64,000 nucleotides of DNA from a virus, in the IMG/VR virus record IMGVR_UViG_3300043015_002491, positions 32,001 through 96,000 of that record; one strand, given 5' to 3'. This document shows positions 47,567 through 57,759 of the stretch, piece by piece. The position numbers and the translations under genes were made by a program. A model generated the notes under the pieces. That model did no database searches, was not told the DNA's origin, and saw only the letters and a program-made list of their open reading frames with translations. The first letter of the stretch is position 1. Each line of letters opens with the position of its first letter.

Positions 47567-48509
47567 TTTTCTTTTTTATTTCTTCAGCTAATAATTGTTT
47601 TCTCTTTTTATCTCTGGAAGCAAATCTCTTTTTCTCAGCAAATACTCCATCAATTCTTGGTAATGGGTCCATTGTTAATACCTTCGTATAAAATGATTTC
47701 TCAATCTTATATTCAGTGAATTTACCATCATCTGTTAAGTGAACAATGATAGCACCTAAGAATTTAAGGTTTTCATACTTTGTACCCTTAAGCATATCCA
47801 TTATAAGTCTAGCATATAATGGTAATTGAATCTTATAATGACTTAACGCTGTGTCTGGCCATTCTTCAAATGGTTCCAGCATTTGTTCAGTATATGAATG
47901 CACTTCAAAGTTTTTTGGCTTATTCGTTTTCCAATCTGTCACTATAAACCCTAGTACACCATTCTCATCAAATATAACCCAAACCTTATCTGGTTGACCT
48001 GTATAACCTAACTCTGGGCTACCTAATACCATCTCTGTATCAAGAAGTATAGCACCTCTACGATGCATAAGACGAATAAAATCATGACCAGCATCAATCA
48101 TGTTATTACCATCAATAATTTGTTGTTCATCACAATCAAATATGGGTTTTCTTACTTCCTTATATGAACCATATTGAGCCAATAAATCAGTTTCTAACAA
48201 ATAGTGAACTCTTGAACCCTTATTATTAGCGTAATCAGCTGTACCTTGCCATTGAGTTAACAATTCATCTTGTGCTACTAAATCACCATTAGTCATTTGC
48301 CATGACTTATCTAATGATGGAAAATCATTATAAAATTGTTTTATAACTGTAGATACACTAGGATAATCTGAACGTATCTTACCATTCAAATCTCTCATGT
48401 AGTAAGTGTGTGTATCTTCAACAAAGGATAAGTCAAGTTCTTTTTGTCTTTGCTCAATTACATCTCTTATTTCTTTTGCAATTTTTTTTAATTCTTCTTT
48501 ATTATCCAC
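47559..48509 (-). CDS. PD-(D/E)xK exonuclease
   Basis: PSVSTVI, GSRVH, GQPDK, DWKT, QLPLY. Confidence 0.82.
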   Translation of the reverse strand: MDNKEELKKIAKEIRDVIEQRQKELDLSFVEDTHTYYMRDLNGKIRSDYPSVSTVIKQFYNDFPSLDKSWQMTNGDLVAQDELLTQWQGTADYANNKGSRVHYLLETDLLAQYGSYKEVRKPIFDCDEQQIIDGNNMIDAGHDFIRLMHRRGAILLDTEMVLGSPELGYTGQPDKVWVIFDENGVLGFIVTDWKTNKPKNFEVHSYTEQMLEPFEEWPDTALSHYKIQLPLYARLIMDMLKGTKYENLKFLGAIIVHLTDDGKFTEYKIEKSFYTKVLTMDPLPRIDGVFAEKKRFASRDKKRKQLLAEEIKKKNG

Positions 48510-48638
48510 ACTTATCTATTAAATCTTTTTATTAAATCATTTCTATATTCGTTATAAGTCATACTTTTAATTTTACAATTAAAACAAATATACCCATTTT
48601 TTAGTTAAAAATCAATATATTTATAGTAAAAGGAAAAA

Positions 48639-49130
48639 ATGAAGAATTTTATAAAACAAAAATTAAGGGAAAACCTAAATTTATCAACATTATCTTTATA
48701 TAGTAAGGTAGATATTTCTGATGATGAGAAATTAAGGATAAAAAATCTTAAATGGTCTGATTTAATTTTAGAACCACAAAATGAAATGTCACCAGTGCAG
48801 ATTAAAGTTGATTTCCCATGGGAGAGTGAAGTTTCAAAAGGCATTGCTTTAGATATCACTTTAGTTAAAGATATGTTTTATCAAATTCACATTTCATTAG
48901 ATGAAAATCTTAGAGGGTTAGGTTTAGGTTATAAAATATATAAAGCTATTATAATGAATTTTGGCCATGTTTATTCTGGTAAAGGTAGGAGACTTAATAG
49001 TTTAGAAGTACCTAAGATTTGGGATAAATTATCTAAAGATTCAGATATAACATGTGTTTCTAACGATATAGCTGATATGTGTGTTGCTAATAACGCACCA
49101 AATAAAGATGAGTTATTAAATAATTTCTAA
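48639..49130 (+). CDS. Putative GNAT-like protein
   Basis: LRGLGLGYKIY acetyl-CoA-binding-like motif; MKNFIKQKLRE N-terminus; ATATTTAT at 48617-48624. Confidence 0.55.
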   Translation: MKNFIKQKLRENLNLSTLSLYSKVDISDDEKLRIKNLKWSDLILEPQNEMSPVQIKVDFPWESEVSKGIALDITLVKDMFYQIHISLDENLRGLGLGYKIYKAIIMNFGHVYSGKGRRLNSLEVPKIWDKLSKDSDITCVSNDIADMCVANNAPNKDELLNNF

Positions 49131-50074
49131 TACAACTTATGTTCTGGTACCTTAGATGAATTTCTAAGTAATTTAACAATACCCTTTGGTCCTAATTTTT
49201 CAAATATACTTGATGGGTCGTGACCATAAGGTGGTGTACATAACATTATTCTGTTATAAAGCTTACCAGTATTCAATTCTCTATAAATCCTTAATGCATC
49301 ATCATGAGCATCCTCATCTAACACAATAACTATCTTACCTCTAGCTTTATTATAGAGTGTTAATTTTAATTTATCTGGTAATGATTTACCAAGTATAGCT
49401 ATTGAATTAGGTATAACTATATGGTCAAATGCACCTTCAACTAAATAAATGGTCGCATCCCAATTAATTTTATCCTCATTGAATATAATTAAATTTTTAA
49501 GTGCATCTGGATTAAGATACTTTGGTTTTTTCCATTTATCCCAAGCTCTACCAACAAAGAAATTAAGGTCGCCAAATTCATCATAAGATGGTAGTATTAT
49601 CCTATCATGGTATTTACCCTTTATAGTATAACCAATATTATAATACTTAATCATATCATCGGTAATACCCCTTTTCTTTAAGTATTCGTAAGCGTTATTA
49701 AATTTAAAATAATTTGAATTTTCTAATGTAAGTGGTATAAACCCTTCTGGTAGATGTACTTCTGTTGGAGTTTGTTCTAAATCTACAACGTAATCATCCT
49801 CTGGCTTAACTAAATTATATTCTTTAAGTATTTGTTTATTACCATATCTCTTAATAAGGTACGGAATCTTACCATGCATGTTGTGTTCGAAACCACATAC
49901 CCAACATCTGAATATGTTTTTCTTGTAGTTTACAGCTAATTTATGTTTACCCTTACCTTTACCATGTTCAGCACAAGAAGGACAATCAAAAGATAATTGC
50001 CCCTTCTCTTCATTATGCTCGGCTGGTTCACCAAGGAATTGTTTAAATATACTTGTAATCATACTCATTATCAC
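49127..50074 (-). CDS. DNA primase-like protein (Zn finger plus TOPRIM)
   Basis: CPSC...CWVC, YLKKRGI, VEGAFD, LDED. Confidence 0.85.
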   Translation of the reverse strand: MIMSMITSIFKQFLGEPAEHNEEKGQLSFDCPSCAEHGKGKGKHKLAVNYKKNIFRCWVCGFEHNMHGKIPYLIKRYGNKQILKEYNLVKPEDDYVVDLEQTPTEVHLPEGFIPLTLENSNYFKFNNAYEYLKKRGITDDMIKYYNIGYTIKGKYHDRIILPSYDEFGDLNFFVGRAWDKWKKPKYLNPDALKNLIIFNEDKINWDATIYLVEGAFDHIVIPNSIAILGKSLPDKLKLTLYNKARGKIVIVLDEDAHDDALRIYRELNTGKLYNRIMLCTPPYGHDPSSIFEKLGPKGIVKLLRNSSKVPEHKLY

Positions 50075-50106
50075 AAATATATGATAAAATATTTAAATAA
50101 ACAAAT

Positions 50107-50751
50107 TTATTCCCAACTACCTTCTTTTTTCATTATAGCTCTAACACAACAATAAGCATCTGTCATATCGTAATTTTCTTTCTTTAGGGTTTTTGTTTTT
50201 GTATAAAGCCAAGTGATTTGTGGTTCTAAATCAGAAACTTTTTCCCATACAACAATCTTTTTATCAATGTCCCAAGGATAAGCACCAAATAATACTGGAT
50301 TTTTCTTTGAAATTTCTTTATCGGTATAAGGTTCACCCTTTTTATTATGAGTTCTTACAGCCATTAATTCTGGGAACGCATACTTTCTAGAGTCATATGA
50401 TGAAATAAATTCTGGTACAACACCAAGTGTATCATAAACAGACCTAGAAACCATACCATTAAATCTAAGTAATGTGGCAACAGTATTTACGTTATTAGAA
50501 CGTAATAAAGGTTCTTCTATTATCACTCTAGAAATCCCTACATCAGCATACTTATTCAAGAATTCTTCCTCAAATATTCTAGCTTTTTCAAATAATTCCT
50601 GTAATTTATCTTTTGGCATAGGTTTAATCTTTGGAGACACATGGTGTAATAGTTTTAATTTGCCCTTACCACCTAAATCTTCAAATAAAGCAATACCAAT
50701 CGTTTTTGTTGATACGTCTAAACCTAGAATAAGTTTATTATTTTCACTCAT
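50107..50751 (-). CDS. RuvC-like Holliday junction resolvase
   Basis: LGLDVSTKTIG, IEEP, DMTDAY. Confidence 0.78.
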   Translation of the reverse strand: MSENNKLILGLDVSTKTIGIALFEDLGGKGKLKLLHHVSPKIKPMPKDKLQELFEKARIFEEEFLNKYADVGISRVIIEEPLLRSNNVNTVATLLRFNGMVSRSVYDTLGVVPEFISSYDSRKYAFPELMAVRTHNKKGEPYTDKEISKKNPVLFGAYPWDIDKKIVVWEKVSDLEPQITWLYTKTKTLKKENYDMTDAYCCVRAIMKKEGSWE

Positions 50752-50801
50752 ATACTTAATTTTTTACTAAGTATAACCTATAATACCCAAATGTAAAGTG
50801 T

Positions 50802-52007
50802 TTAATAATTAATCGTTACATTAAATGCTACCATATCATCAATTGGTTTATAATACGTTGCATTTAACTTACCAATAGCTATTAATGTACCAGAATTATC
50901 ATATAAACCAAGTTCGGTAATTCTAGGTGTATCACCTTCTGCCCAAGTAGGGTTAGATGATGCTCCAAACTCACCCCTTTCAGCAATACAAGTTATCGAT
51001 TGAGATACAGTAGTTCTTAAATGGTTGAATGTTATTGAAGTACCAGTTGCACTAGCTGAACCTTCAATAAAATCATTTACTATTGTAGGTTCTGTTATCA
51101 CCATAAACCCACTATCTAAATAAGCTATACCTACTGGTGTATCAGCAGTAAGACTTAAACCTTCATTATTAGTAAAGTTATAAGTTTCTTTACCATTAAT
51201 ACTAAATGCTTTGTTAGATGCGTAACCAGTAGACCATGATTTAGTAGCATCACCACCATTAGGTTTAACTATATCATCTGAAAATAAAAGAGCTCTGTTA
51301 GGACCAAAAACACTTAAATTATTTGATGTATCTGAAACATCATTATCTAATAAATTAAGACTTCTATTAGTCTTTTCGTAAGTACTATAAATGTTAAACG
51401 TGTTAGCTGTATTAGATAATGTCATATTAATTGATTTACCATCAATCACTTCTCCATATTCGTTATTATCAATACCAATAACTAATATTTTAGTTTGAGC
51501 TAAACCACTGTAAGCTGTATTTTGATACCCGCCAGAATTTATTGTTGTTGCAGTAAATGTATTGAAATCTTGTGAAGTAATTGGTAAACCAAACGATTGA
51601 AATAGATTTGTTAATGAATCTGTAGACACATTACTTAAGGATATTTTATTTTGAGTAATCACATCACCACTGTAATTAATTGTTTTATAACCAAGTGGTG
51701 TAAATGTCGTGTTTATAGATATTGATGCGGATTCAACAGGTTTTTTGTCAGTAGTGGCATCATAAGCTAAACTATTTCTAACCACATAATTAACACCACC
51801 ATTATTAATATCAGAACCATTATTGTTTCCACCCATACCTGGTACTTCACCCATACCAAGTCCAATATCAGTACCGTAATATGAGTCTGAATCCCCAAGA
51901 TTAAAAAATCTTACAAGATTATTATCATTTGTTATAAGCCTTCTTCTACCTTCTGGTGTAAGTTTAGCTGTTAATTGTATTGTTGTTCCTGTACTTAAAT
52001 ATCCCAT
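50802..52007 (-). CDS. Virion structural protein (baseplate/tail; likely start MGYLST)
   Basis: AKLTPEGRRRL...FNLGDSD N-terminus and ITELGLYDNSGTLIAIGKL C-terminus, paralogous to next ORF. Confidence 0.7.
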   Translation of the reverse strand: MGYLSTGTTIQLTAKLTPEGRRRLITNDNNLVRFFNLGDSDSYYGTDIGLGMGEVPGMGGNNNGSDINNGGVNYVVRNSLAYDATTDKKPVESASISINTTFTPLGYKTINYSGDVITQNKISLSNVSTDSLTNLFQSFGLPITSQDFNTFTATTINSGGYQNTAYSGLAQTKILVIGIDNNEYGEVIDGKSINMTLSNTANTFNIYSTYEKTNRSLNLLDNDVSDTSNNLSVFGPNRALLFSDDIVKPNGGDATKSWSTGYASNKAFSINGKETYNFTNNEGLSLTADTPVGIAYLDSGFMVITEPTIVNDFIEGSASATGTSITFNHLRTTVSQSITCIAERGEFGASSNPTWAEGDTPRITELGLYDNSGTLIAIGKLNATYYKPIDDMVAFNVTINY

Positions 52008-52008
52008 G

Positions 52009-54177
52009 TTAAAAATCCATTGCCATTTCAATCATTATTGTGTTACCAGATGCTAATTTAACTGGTTTAGATAATTTACCAATCATAACTAAATCACCAG
52101 TTGAATCATAAATACCAACTTCCGTAACTCTAATATCTGGTGCATTAGAGCTTGAGTTAAGTCTAGTAGGGTTTCCAGTAGTTTGAAAATCATCAGCTGA
52201 GACTTTAATATTAAATATACTTTTAAAAATTGTAGCACCAATATAAGTTTCTAAATTACCATAAAAGAATCTTTCATCACCAAATTGTAATCTATCTGTA
52301 TTAGCATTACTTGGCATTGATAAAGAATTAATTATACTAAATGTAGTTGAACCAGTATTAACTGAATTATCAATTAAAAAACCTAAAGCTGTTGGGTTTT
52401 GGCCTTCTAATAAAATTGGGTCAATCGTTTCTGAAGTCCCAGAGGTAATACTAGTACTAGTAAAATCATATGATTTCCATGTATCAGCTAAAGGTCTAGA
52501 ATCATCAGAGACAATTTGATATAATACTTTGAACTCCTTAGCTGAGAACCCCATACCATCATAACTAGACTTTTCTTCTTTCCTCATGTATGGTAATAAG
52601 TCAGTGTCAGCAATTCTAAATTGAACATCCTTAGAAGATGATGTATTATTTTTAATCTTACTATAATATTGACAAGGAAGTGTTGTAGTTAAACCAGTAC
52701 CACTAGTATTTTCAAATGTATAAGTTAAGTACATTGTACTATTCGTTGGTAAGATACCGTTAGTTGAACCATTAGCTGAACTAACAAGGTTAGCTGCAAG
52801 TGGTGGAAGTGTCCAGTTTCTATTTGATTTGTATGAAGTAGCTGCAACTATTTCATCATCACTAAATACAACAGTTTTAAGTTGTGGGAAAACCTTACCG
52901 ACAACAATTGGTGTGTCAGAAACTAAGGTTGGGTCTTCTATAAGGTCAATATATTCAATATCACTATTACCAATAAGTTTAGTAGTACCACTAGCTAAGA
53001 ATGTCATACCCATTACATTACCATTTTCTGTTGAACCACTTCTTCTGTGATACATAAGGTCTGGTAAATGCACTTTAAGTGTCTTATTATTATCATTATC
53101 TATATAGAAAAATTCTCCATAGAAGTTTGAAATAGTGTTGTTAGTATAATGTAAAATTGATAATGATTTCTTAACACCATCAATGACAGATTCACCTGGA
53201 GTAGCACAAATATCTACTAATGAAGTATCTAACTCATTAGTACACCCAACTTCAAAATATGGGTATTTTTGACCTAGATATTCATTAGAACCAAATTTTT
53301 CAAATGGTTCGTTTGGTGTTGCTACTGTGTTATTAACACTAGCACCAGTCATACCAGCAAGATTTTCACACCAAACATTATTCATGTTCCAAACTGGAAC
53401 ATCACTACATGATACATCACAACAACTAGCAAAAGAAAGTGTGTTAGAATTCCAGTAAGCTGTTGTATTTTGAAAACCAAAACCTTGATAAACTTCTTGA
53501 CTTGTATAAATCATATACTCAGTTAAAGCTGTAGTTGAATTAATATTAGGTAATTCTCTATCAAGTGTTATAGTGTCACCAGCAGAGAATGTCGTACCAC
53601 TAGATTGTATCTTATACCATAAATGCGGTGTAGGGATAGTGTTACCATTAACTACTTGACTACCCAGCGTATCATTACCTATTTTTAATAAGATATAATC
53701 ACCTACACTATATGTTGTACCATTATTAACGACTAATGTTGTACCACCAGTTATACTAGAACCACTAATAGTACCATAATACTTAACATAATCACTAGTA
53801 TAATTAGTTGTAAATGTTGAATGAGTTGTATCAGCACTAAAAAAACCTCTTTCAGTAGCTTGATTATTAACGACAGCTTTAATAGTTTTTATCTGACTAT
53901 TAGATAAAGGATTTAAATTCTGATTATTATTACTATTAGATGTAACAAAATACTTTATGTCTGGTTGTCTATCAACAGGTCTTAAAACCTTTGAATTACC
54001 AGAAAGACTTGCATCACTTTGATAGTTATCAAATAAGTCTTCTCTATCATAATTAATTTCAGAATCACCTATCGCCCAAGAGGTGAAATTTAATCTACCT
54101 TGGGCTAATTTTTGCCTACCAGTTTCAGTTAATTTTATATTAACGAAAGCGCTTGTATTGTTTATAATGTAGCTCAT
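52009..54177 (-). CDS. Virion structural protein (baseplate/tail)
   Basis: KLTETGRQKL...AIGDSE; VTEVGIYDSTGDLVMIGKL; S/T/N-rich. Confidence 0.72.
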   Translation of the reverse strand: MSYIINNTSAFVNIKLTETGRQKLAQGRLNFTSWAIGDSEINYDREDLFDNYQSDASLSGNSKVLRPVDRQPDIKYFVTSNSNNNQNLNPLSNSQIKTIKAVVNNQATERGFFSADTTHSTFTTNYTSDYVKYYGTISGSSITGGTTLVVNNGTTYSVGDYILLKIGNDTLGSQVVNGNTIPTPHLWYKIQSSGTTFSAGDTITLDRELPNINSTTALTEYMIYTSQEVYQGFGFQNTTAYWNSNTLSFASCCDVSCSDVPVWNMNNVWCENLAGMTGASVNNTVATPNEPFEKFGSNEYLGQKYPYFEVGCTNELDTSLVDICATPGESVIDGVKKSLSILHYTNNTISNFYGEFFYIDNDNNKTLKVHLPDLMYHRRSGSTENGNVMGMTFLASGTTKLIGNSDIEYIDLIEDPTLVSDTPIVVGKVFPQLKTVVFSDDEIVAATSYKSNRNWTLPPLAANLVSSANGSTNGILPTNSTMYLTYTFENTSGTGLTTTLPCQYYSKIKNNTSSSKDVQFRIADTDLLPYMRKEEKSSYDGMGFSAKEFKVLYQIVSDDSRPLADTWKSYDFTSTSITSGTSETIDPILLEGQNPTALGFLIDNSVNTGSTTFSIINSLSMPSNANTDRLQFGDERFFYGNLETYIGATIFKSIFNIKVSADDFQTTGNPTRLNSSSNAPDIRVTEVGIYDSTGDLVMIGKLSKPVKLASGNTIMIEMAMDF

Positions 54178-54234
54178 ATTTTATAAATATTCTTTTTTAT
54201 CTTATTTTACTAATAAATACTAAAAAATAAAGGT

Positions 54235-56937
54235 TTAGTACGAATTAAATGCATTAGTTTGTATTGTTATATCTATTACTTCACTATAAGCAGTTGTCGT
54301 AAATGGATTACCACATATATCTTCATAAGTTTTTTCATTCTTAATTCGATAATATTGGACATCGCCAACACTACCACTTAATTCAATAGGTACTGAATAA
54401 GTGATTTGACCTTCAACGTATGGTGTTGTAGCACTTGTTGTTAAAAGTGTTGTAAAATCTTTACTACTACTAAATTCAACAGTGAATAAACCATTAGTAT
54501 TTTGAGGTTCATTAGTTATTACCCATGAAACATTAAAAGATGGTATTGTTACATCACCTTGTATTGTAACATTACTAGTGTAATAAATACCAATAACATC
54601 ACCAACAATTAAATTACCTTCAAGTATTATCCTATTAGAATCACTTGTTGATAAATAATAATCAATATTATCAGCTAACGTAACACCATTAATTGTTACT
54701 ATTATATCACCACCAGATGGTACTAAGTCAGTGTATAATTCATATTTACCAGTTGTTGTGTTATAGTAAACTTTTTCATTTCCTTGATTATTTGTTGTAC
54801 CACTAACTATTGGTGATGTTATTTCTAAACCTTCATTTCTAATATTATCACTATTTTGACTATTAGCATATGCATATGTTAATACATCACCACTAACTAT
54901 TGTATCATTAAATGTTATTAAAGTAGTTGTACTTAATGCACTTAACGTGTAATCTAAATCTTTTTGTAATGTTAAACCATTAATAGATATTATATAATCA
55001 CTTTCAGCTGAGGTTAAAACAGCTGTGTTAGAATTACCATTTAATATAATACCATCAACTATTAATGAACCTATTGGATTAGATTTACCAATACTAGGTG
55101 TGATTGTTGGTGTTTCAGCTGAATTAAATGCTACAAAATGAAAATCCCTATATGGTTCATATAATTTATATTGTGAACCCAAGTTGTTTGATGGTAGTGT
55201 GTCTCTATCACCATTTAATAAAGCAAACTCCGTACAAACATCATGGGAAAAATAACTCTTAATTAAATAATCACCATCAAGTGTTAATGAACTAACAGGT
55301 ACACTAACTGTTATAGCGCTAGTAGCACTAAATGATGACCACTCATATATTTCAGATTCAAACTTAGTTGAATCTATAAAATAACCAAGTGCGTGATTGT
55401 ATTTAAATATTTTAAAATTAAATGTAGTATTTTTATCTAAAAATTCACTAGTGTTAGCTGTAAAATTAAAACCTAAATCAATCTCCGTTTCATTTGTTAT
55501 ATTGTATACCTCTTGACTATTAATAGTTGTTGCTGTGAAATCTAAATTACATATAACACTATTAATATCACTACATGTTCCAGTAAATACACAAACGGTG
55601 TCTGTATAATTTAATTGAGTACAAGTGTATCCAGTACCACAAACATCTAGAGAATAACCAGCTGGACATGAATAACCAGAAGATTCACCTAAATCTAACA
55701 CTTGTATACCAGTAGTACCACTAACAACATCACTTCTATAATCAGCTGTGGTAAATATTGTTACAGCACTCAACTGAGATTCGGTTGTCATACCAGTAAG
55801 ACTAGAAATACCAACATTATATATTTCAGCACCAAATGACGCATAACTACCATTATTTTTACCTTCCATCTCAATGATGTGTTTACCAGATGTTAATTGG
55901 ACTTCAAATACCCTCCAATAACTAAGTGATTCTGTACCTCCAACAGCATTTTCAGATGTAAAGAATGTTTCACCATCAAGTTTAAATCTAGCCCAATTAT
56001 CACCAGAAAGACCTATAGAATAAGTTCCACTTGTGTTTATATCAATACAAGCTGAAAATCCTATCCATTCTAAGTTTGGTTGTCCTATACCAGGTTCTGT
56101 TGTCCATATACCACAATTATTAAGTCTACCATAAAGAGTACTACCATTTGCATCCCATAATTGATTTGTTGAGGAAGCATTAGGTGATATTGCTATACCA
56201 CCACTTGTTCTAAGTGTTGTTGAACTACCTGTAAGAATATACGGTATTTCACCTGTAAGATTAGTACTAAAAAAATGGGTACCATTATTGGCATAACCAG
56301 CATTAAGGTTACCAGTAGTCGCTGTATAAATTGTACCATTAAGTGTTGCGGCAGTTGTTGTTGTAAAAACACAACTATCACCTTCTGGTGTTGGGTTATA
56401 TCCCGTTGGACATGAACATGATGTATCACCAGTTGTGTTACCAGTAACAATACAATTAGGTGTATAATTTAATTCAGTATTTATATCAACCCTTAATTCA
56501 GAAAAACCATTTTGAGTTACATTGAATTGAGTCCCATTAAAATTAAAATTATAACCAAGCGCTGTTAAAGAATCATTAACACTACCACTAAATTGACTTA
56601 TATTTGGTGCATCATTAATATTTGTTGACGTGTAAAACACATCAGTATTCACTAATAAATTATCTTCATATATTTTGGTTGACCAAATAATATTATTGAA
56701 ACAATCAGCTGACATAGCTGCTACTTTAAAACATTCGGTTGTAGCGGTAAGTATATTAGTGTAAGATACACCACTAAGGTCACATGTTTGTGTTTCACAA
56801 TCTATTTTACTAGCACCGCTCATACTAAAGAATGGCATATTGAAAATACAAATATCTGAACTCGTATTTACAACTGATACTGTTGAATTTCTTCTACAAT
56901 TACCTGTTTGGTCGTATATTTCGTTTTGATAACTCAT
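54235..56937 (-). CDS. Large S/T/G-rich structural protein (tail fibre/adhesin-like)
   Basis: 900 aa, Cys clusters, NGxTL...DY repeats. Confidence 0.68.
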   Translation of the reverse strand: MSYQNEIYDQTGNCRRNSTVSVVNTSSDICIFNMPFFSMSGASKIDCETQTCDLSGVSYTNILTATTECFKVAAMSADCFNNIIWSTKIYEDNLLVNTDVFYTSTNINDAPNISQFSGSVNDSLTALGYNFNFNGTQFNVTQNGFSELRVDINTELNYTPNCIVTGNTTGDTSCSCPTGYNPTPEGDSCVFTTTTAATLNGTIYTATTGNLNAGYANNGTHFFSTNLTGEIPYILTGSSTTLRTSGGIAISPNASSTNQLWDANGSTLYGRLNNCGIWTTEPGIGQPNLEWIGFSACIDINTSGTYSIGLSGDNWARFKLDGETFFTSENAVGGTESLSYWRVFEVQLTSGKHIIEMEGKNNGSYASFGAEIYNVGISSLTGMTTESQLSAVTIFTTADYRSDVVSGTTGIQVLDLGESSGYSCPAGYSLDVCGTGYTCTQLNYTDTVCVFTGTCSDINSVICNLDFTATTINSQEVYNITNETEIDLGFNFTANTSEFLDKNTTFNFKIFKYNHALGYFIDSTKFESEIYEWSSFSATSAITVSVPVSSLTLDGDYLIKSYFSHDVCTEFALLNGDRDTLPSNNLGSQYKLYEPYRDFHFVAFNSAETPTITPSIGKSNPIGSLIVDGIILNGNSNTAVLTSAESDYIISINGLTLQKDLDYTLSALSTTTLITFNDTIVSGDVLTYAYANSQNSDNIRNEGLEITSPIVSGTTNNQGNEKVYYNTTTGKYELYTDLVPSGGDIIVTINGVTLADNIDYYLSTSDSNRIILEGNLIVGDVIGIYYTSNVTIQGDVTIPSFNVSWVITNEPQNTNGLFTVEFSSSKDFTTLLTTSATTPYVEGQITYSVPIELSGSVGDVQYYRIKNEKTYEDICGNPFTTTAYSEVIDITIQTNAFNSY

Positions 56938-57179
56938 TAATATGATATTTCTATTTCTTTATATATTTTATCTCTGTTAACACTTAAACCAAAATCACTC
57001 GATTTATATAAATTTTCACTACTAACAACTTTCTTAAAGTTTTGTAAGAATACCTCAAGAGAACCTATTTTAAACCAATCAGTATACCCAAAATCAGTTT
57101 GTATAGTTTTAAGAATAGCAACATCATCACTAATATTGTCAGCAATTTTCCCTGTTATGTTTTGTATTAATATCGGCAT
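56937..57179 (-). CDS. Small hypothetical protein
   Basis: 80 aa, ATATTTAT upstream. Confidence 0.6.
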   Translation of the reverse strand: MPILIQNITGKIADNISDDVAILKTIQTDFGYTDWFKIGSLEVFLQNFKKVVSSENLYKSSDFGLSVNRDKIYKEIEISY

Positions 57180-57222
57180 CTTATTTTATAAATATGTTCC
57201 TATTTTTTTATTAATAATATTT

Positions 57223-57741
57223 TTAAGGATTTAGTATTGTTACTGAACCTAAAAATTCTGGACTACAGTTAATTTGTTTCATGTACGCTCCAGTACATTT
57301 AGTTATTATATTATTATTTGAACCACTAAATGGAATAACTGTTGTATCTACACCAACATTTAAATCATATCCAATTACATTATCATCAGTAATTAATAAT
57401 AAATTTATTTGACCTAATAAGTCTTTAACTATAGAGTAAGATGCTAAATAATTATTATACGATGTTTTATCAAAACAATCACTACCAGATGGACTAGCAG
57501 ATAATTCTACAATAAGTAAATTTAAATTAGCTTTAGTATTATTAACGGCTGTTACGTAATCTTGGAATAATAGTAATAACTTATCGTAGGTTTGAACTGA
57601 AAGTTCATCTTTTTTTGAAATTATTAATCTATTTAAACATTTAAGATTAGCATCAAATACCTCTCTTATTGATGTTTCGTAGTCTGACCAATCATTTGGT
57701 AATTGGTCACATTTGAAATCTTCTAAGTCAAATAAAAACAT
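57223..57741 (-). CDS. Hypothetical protein (MFxFDLED N-terminus)
   Basis: 172 aa; N-terminus similar to ORFs at 59941 and 60920. Confidence 0.65.
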   Translation of the reverse strand: MFLFDLEDFKCDQLPNDWSDYETSIREVFDANLKCLNRLIISKKDELSVQTYDKLLLLFQDYVTAVNNTKANLNLLIVELSASPSGSDCFDKTSYNNYLASYSIVKDLLGQINLLLITDDNVIGYDLNVGVDTTVIPFSGSNNNIITKCTGAYMKQINCSPEFLGSVTILNP

Positions 57742-57759
57742 ATCTCTTTTAATTATTAA

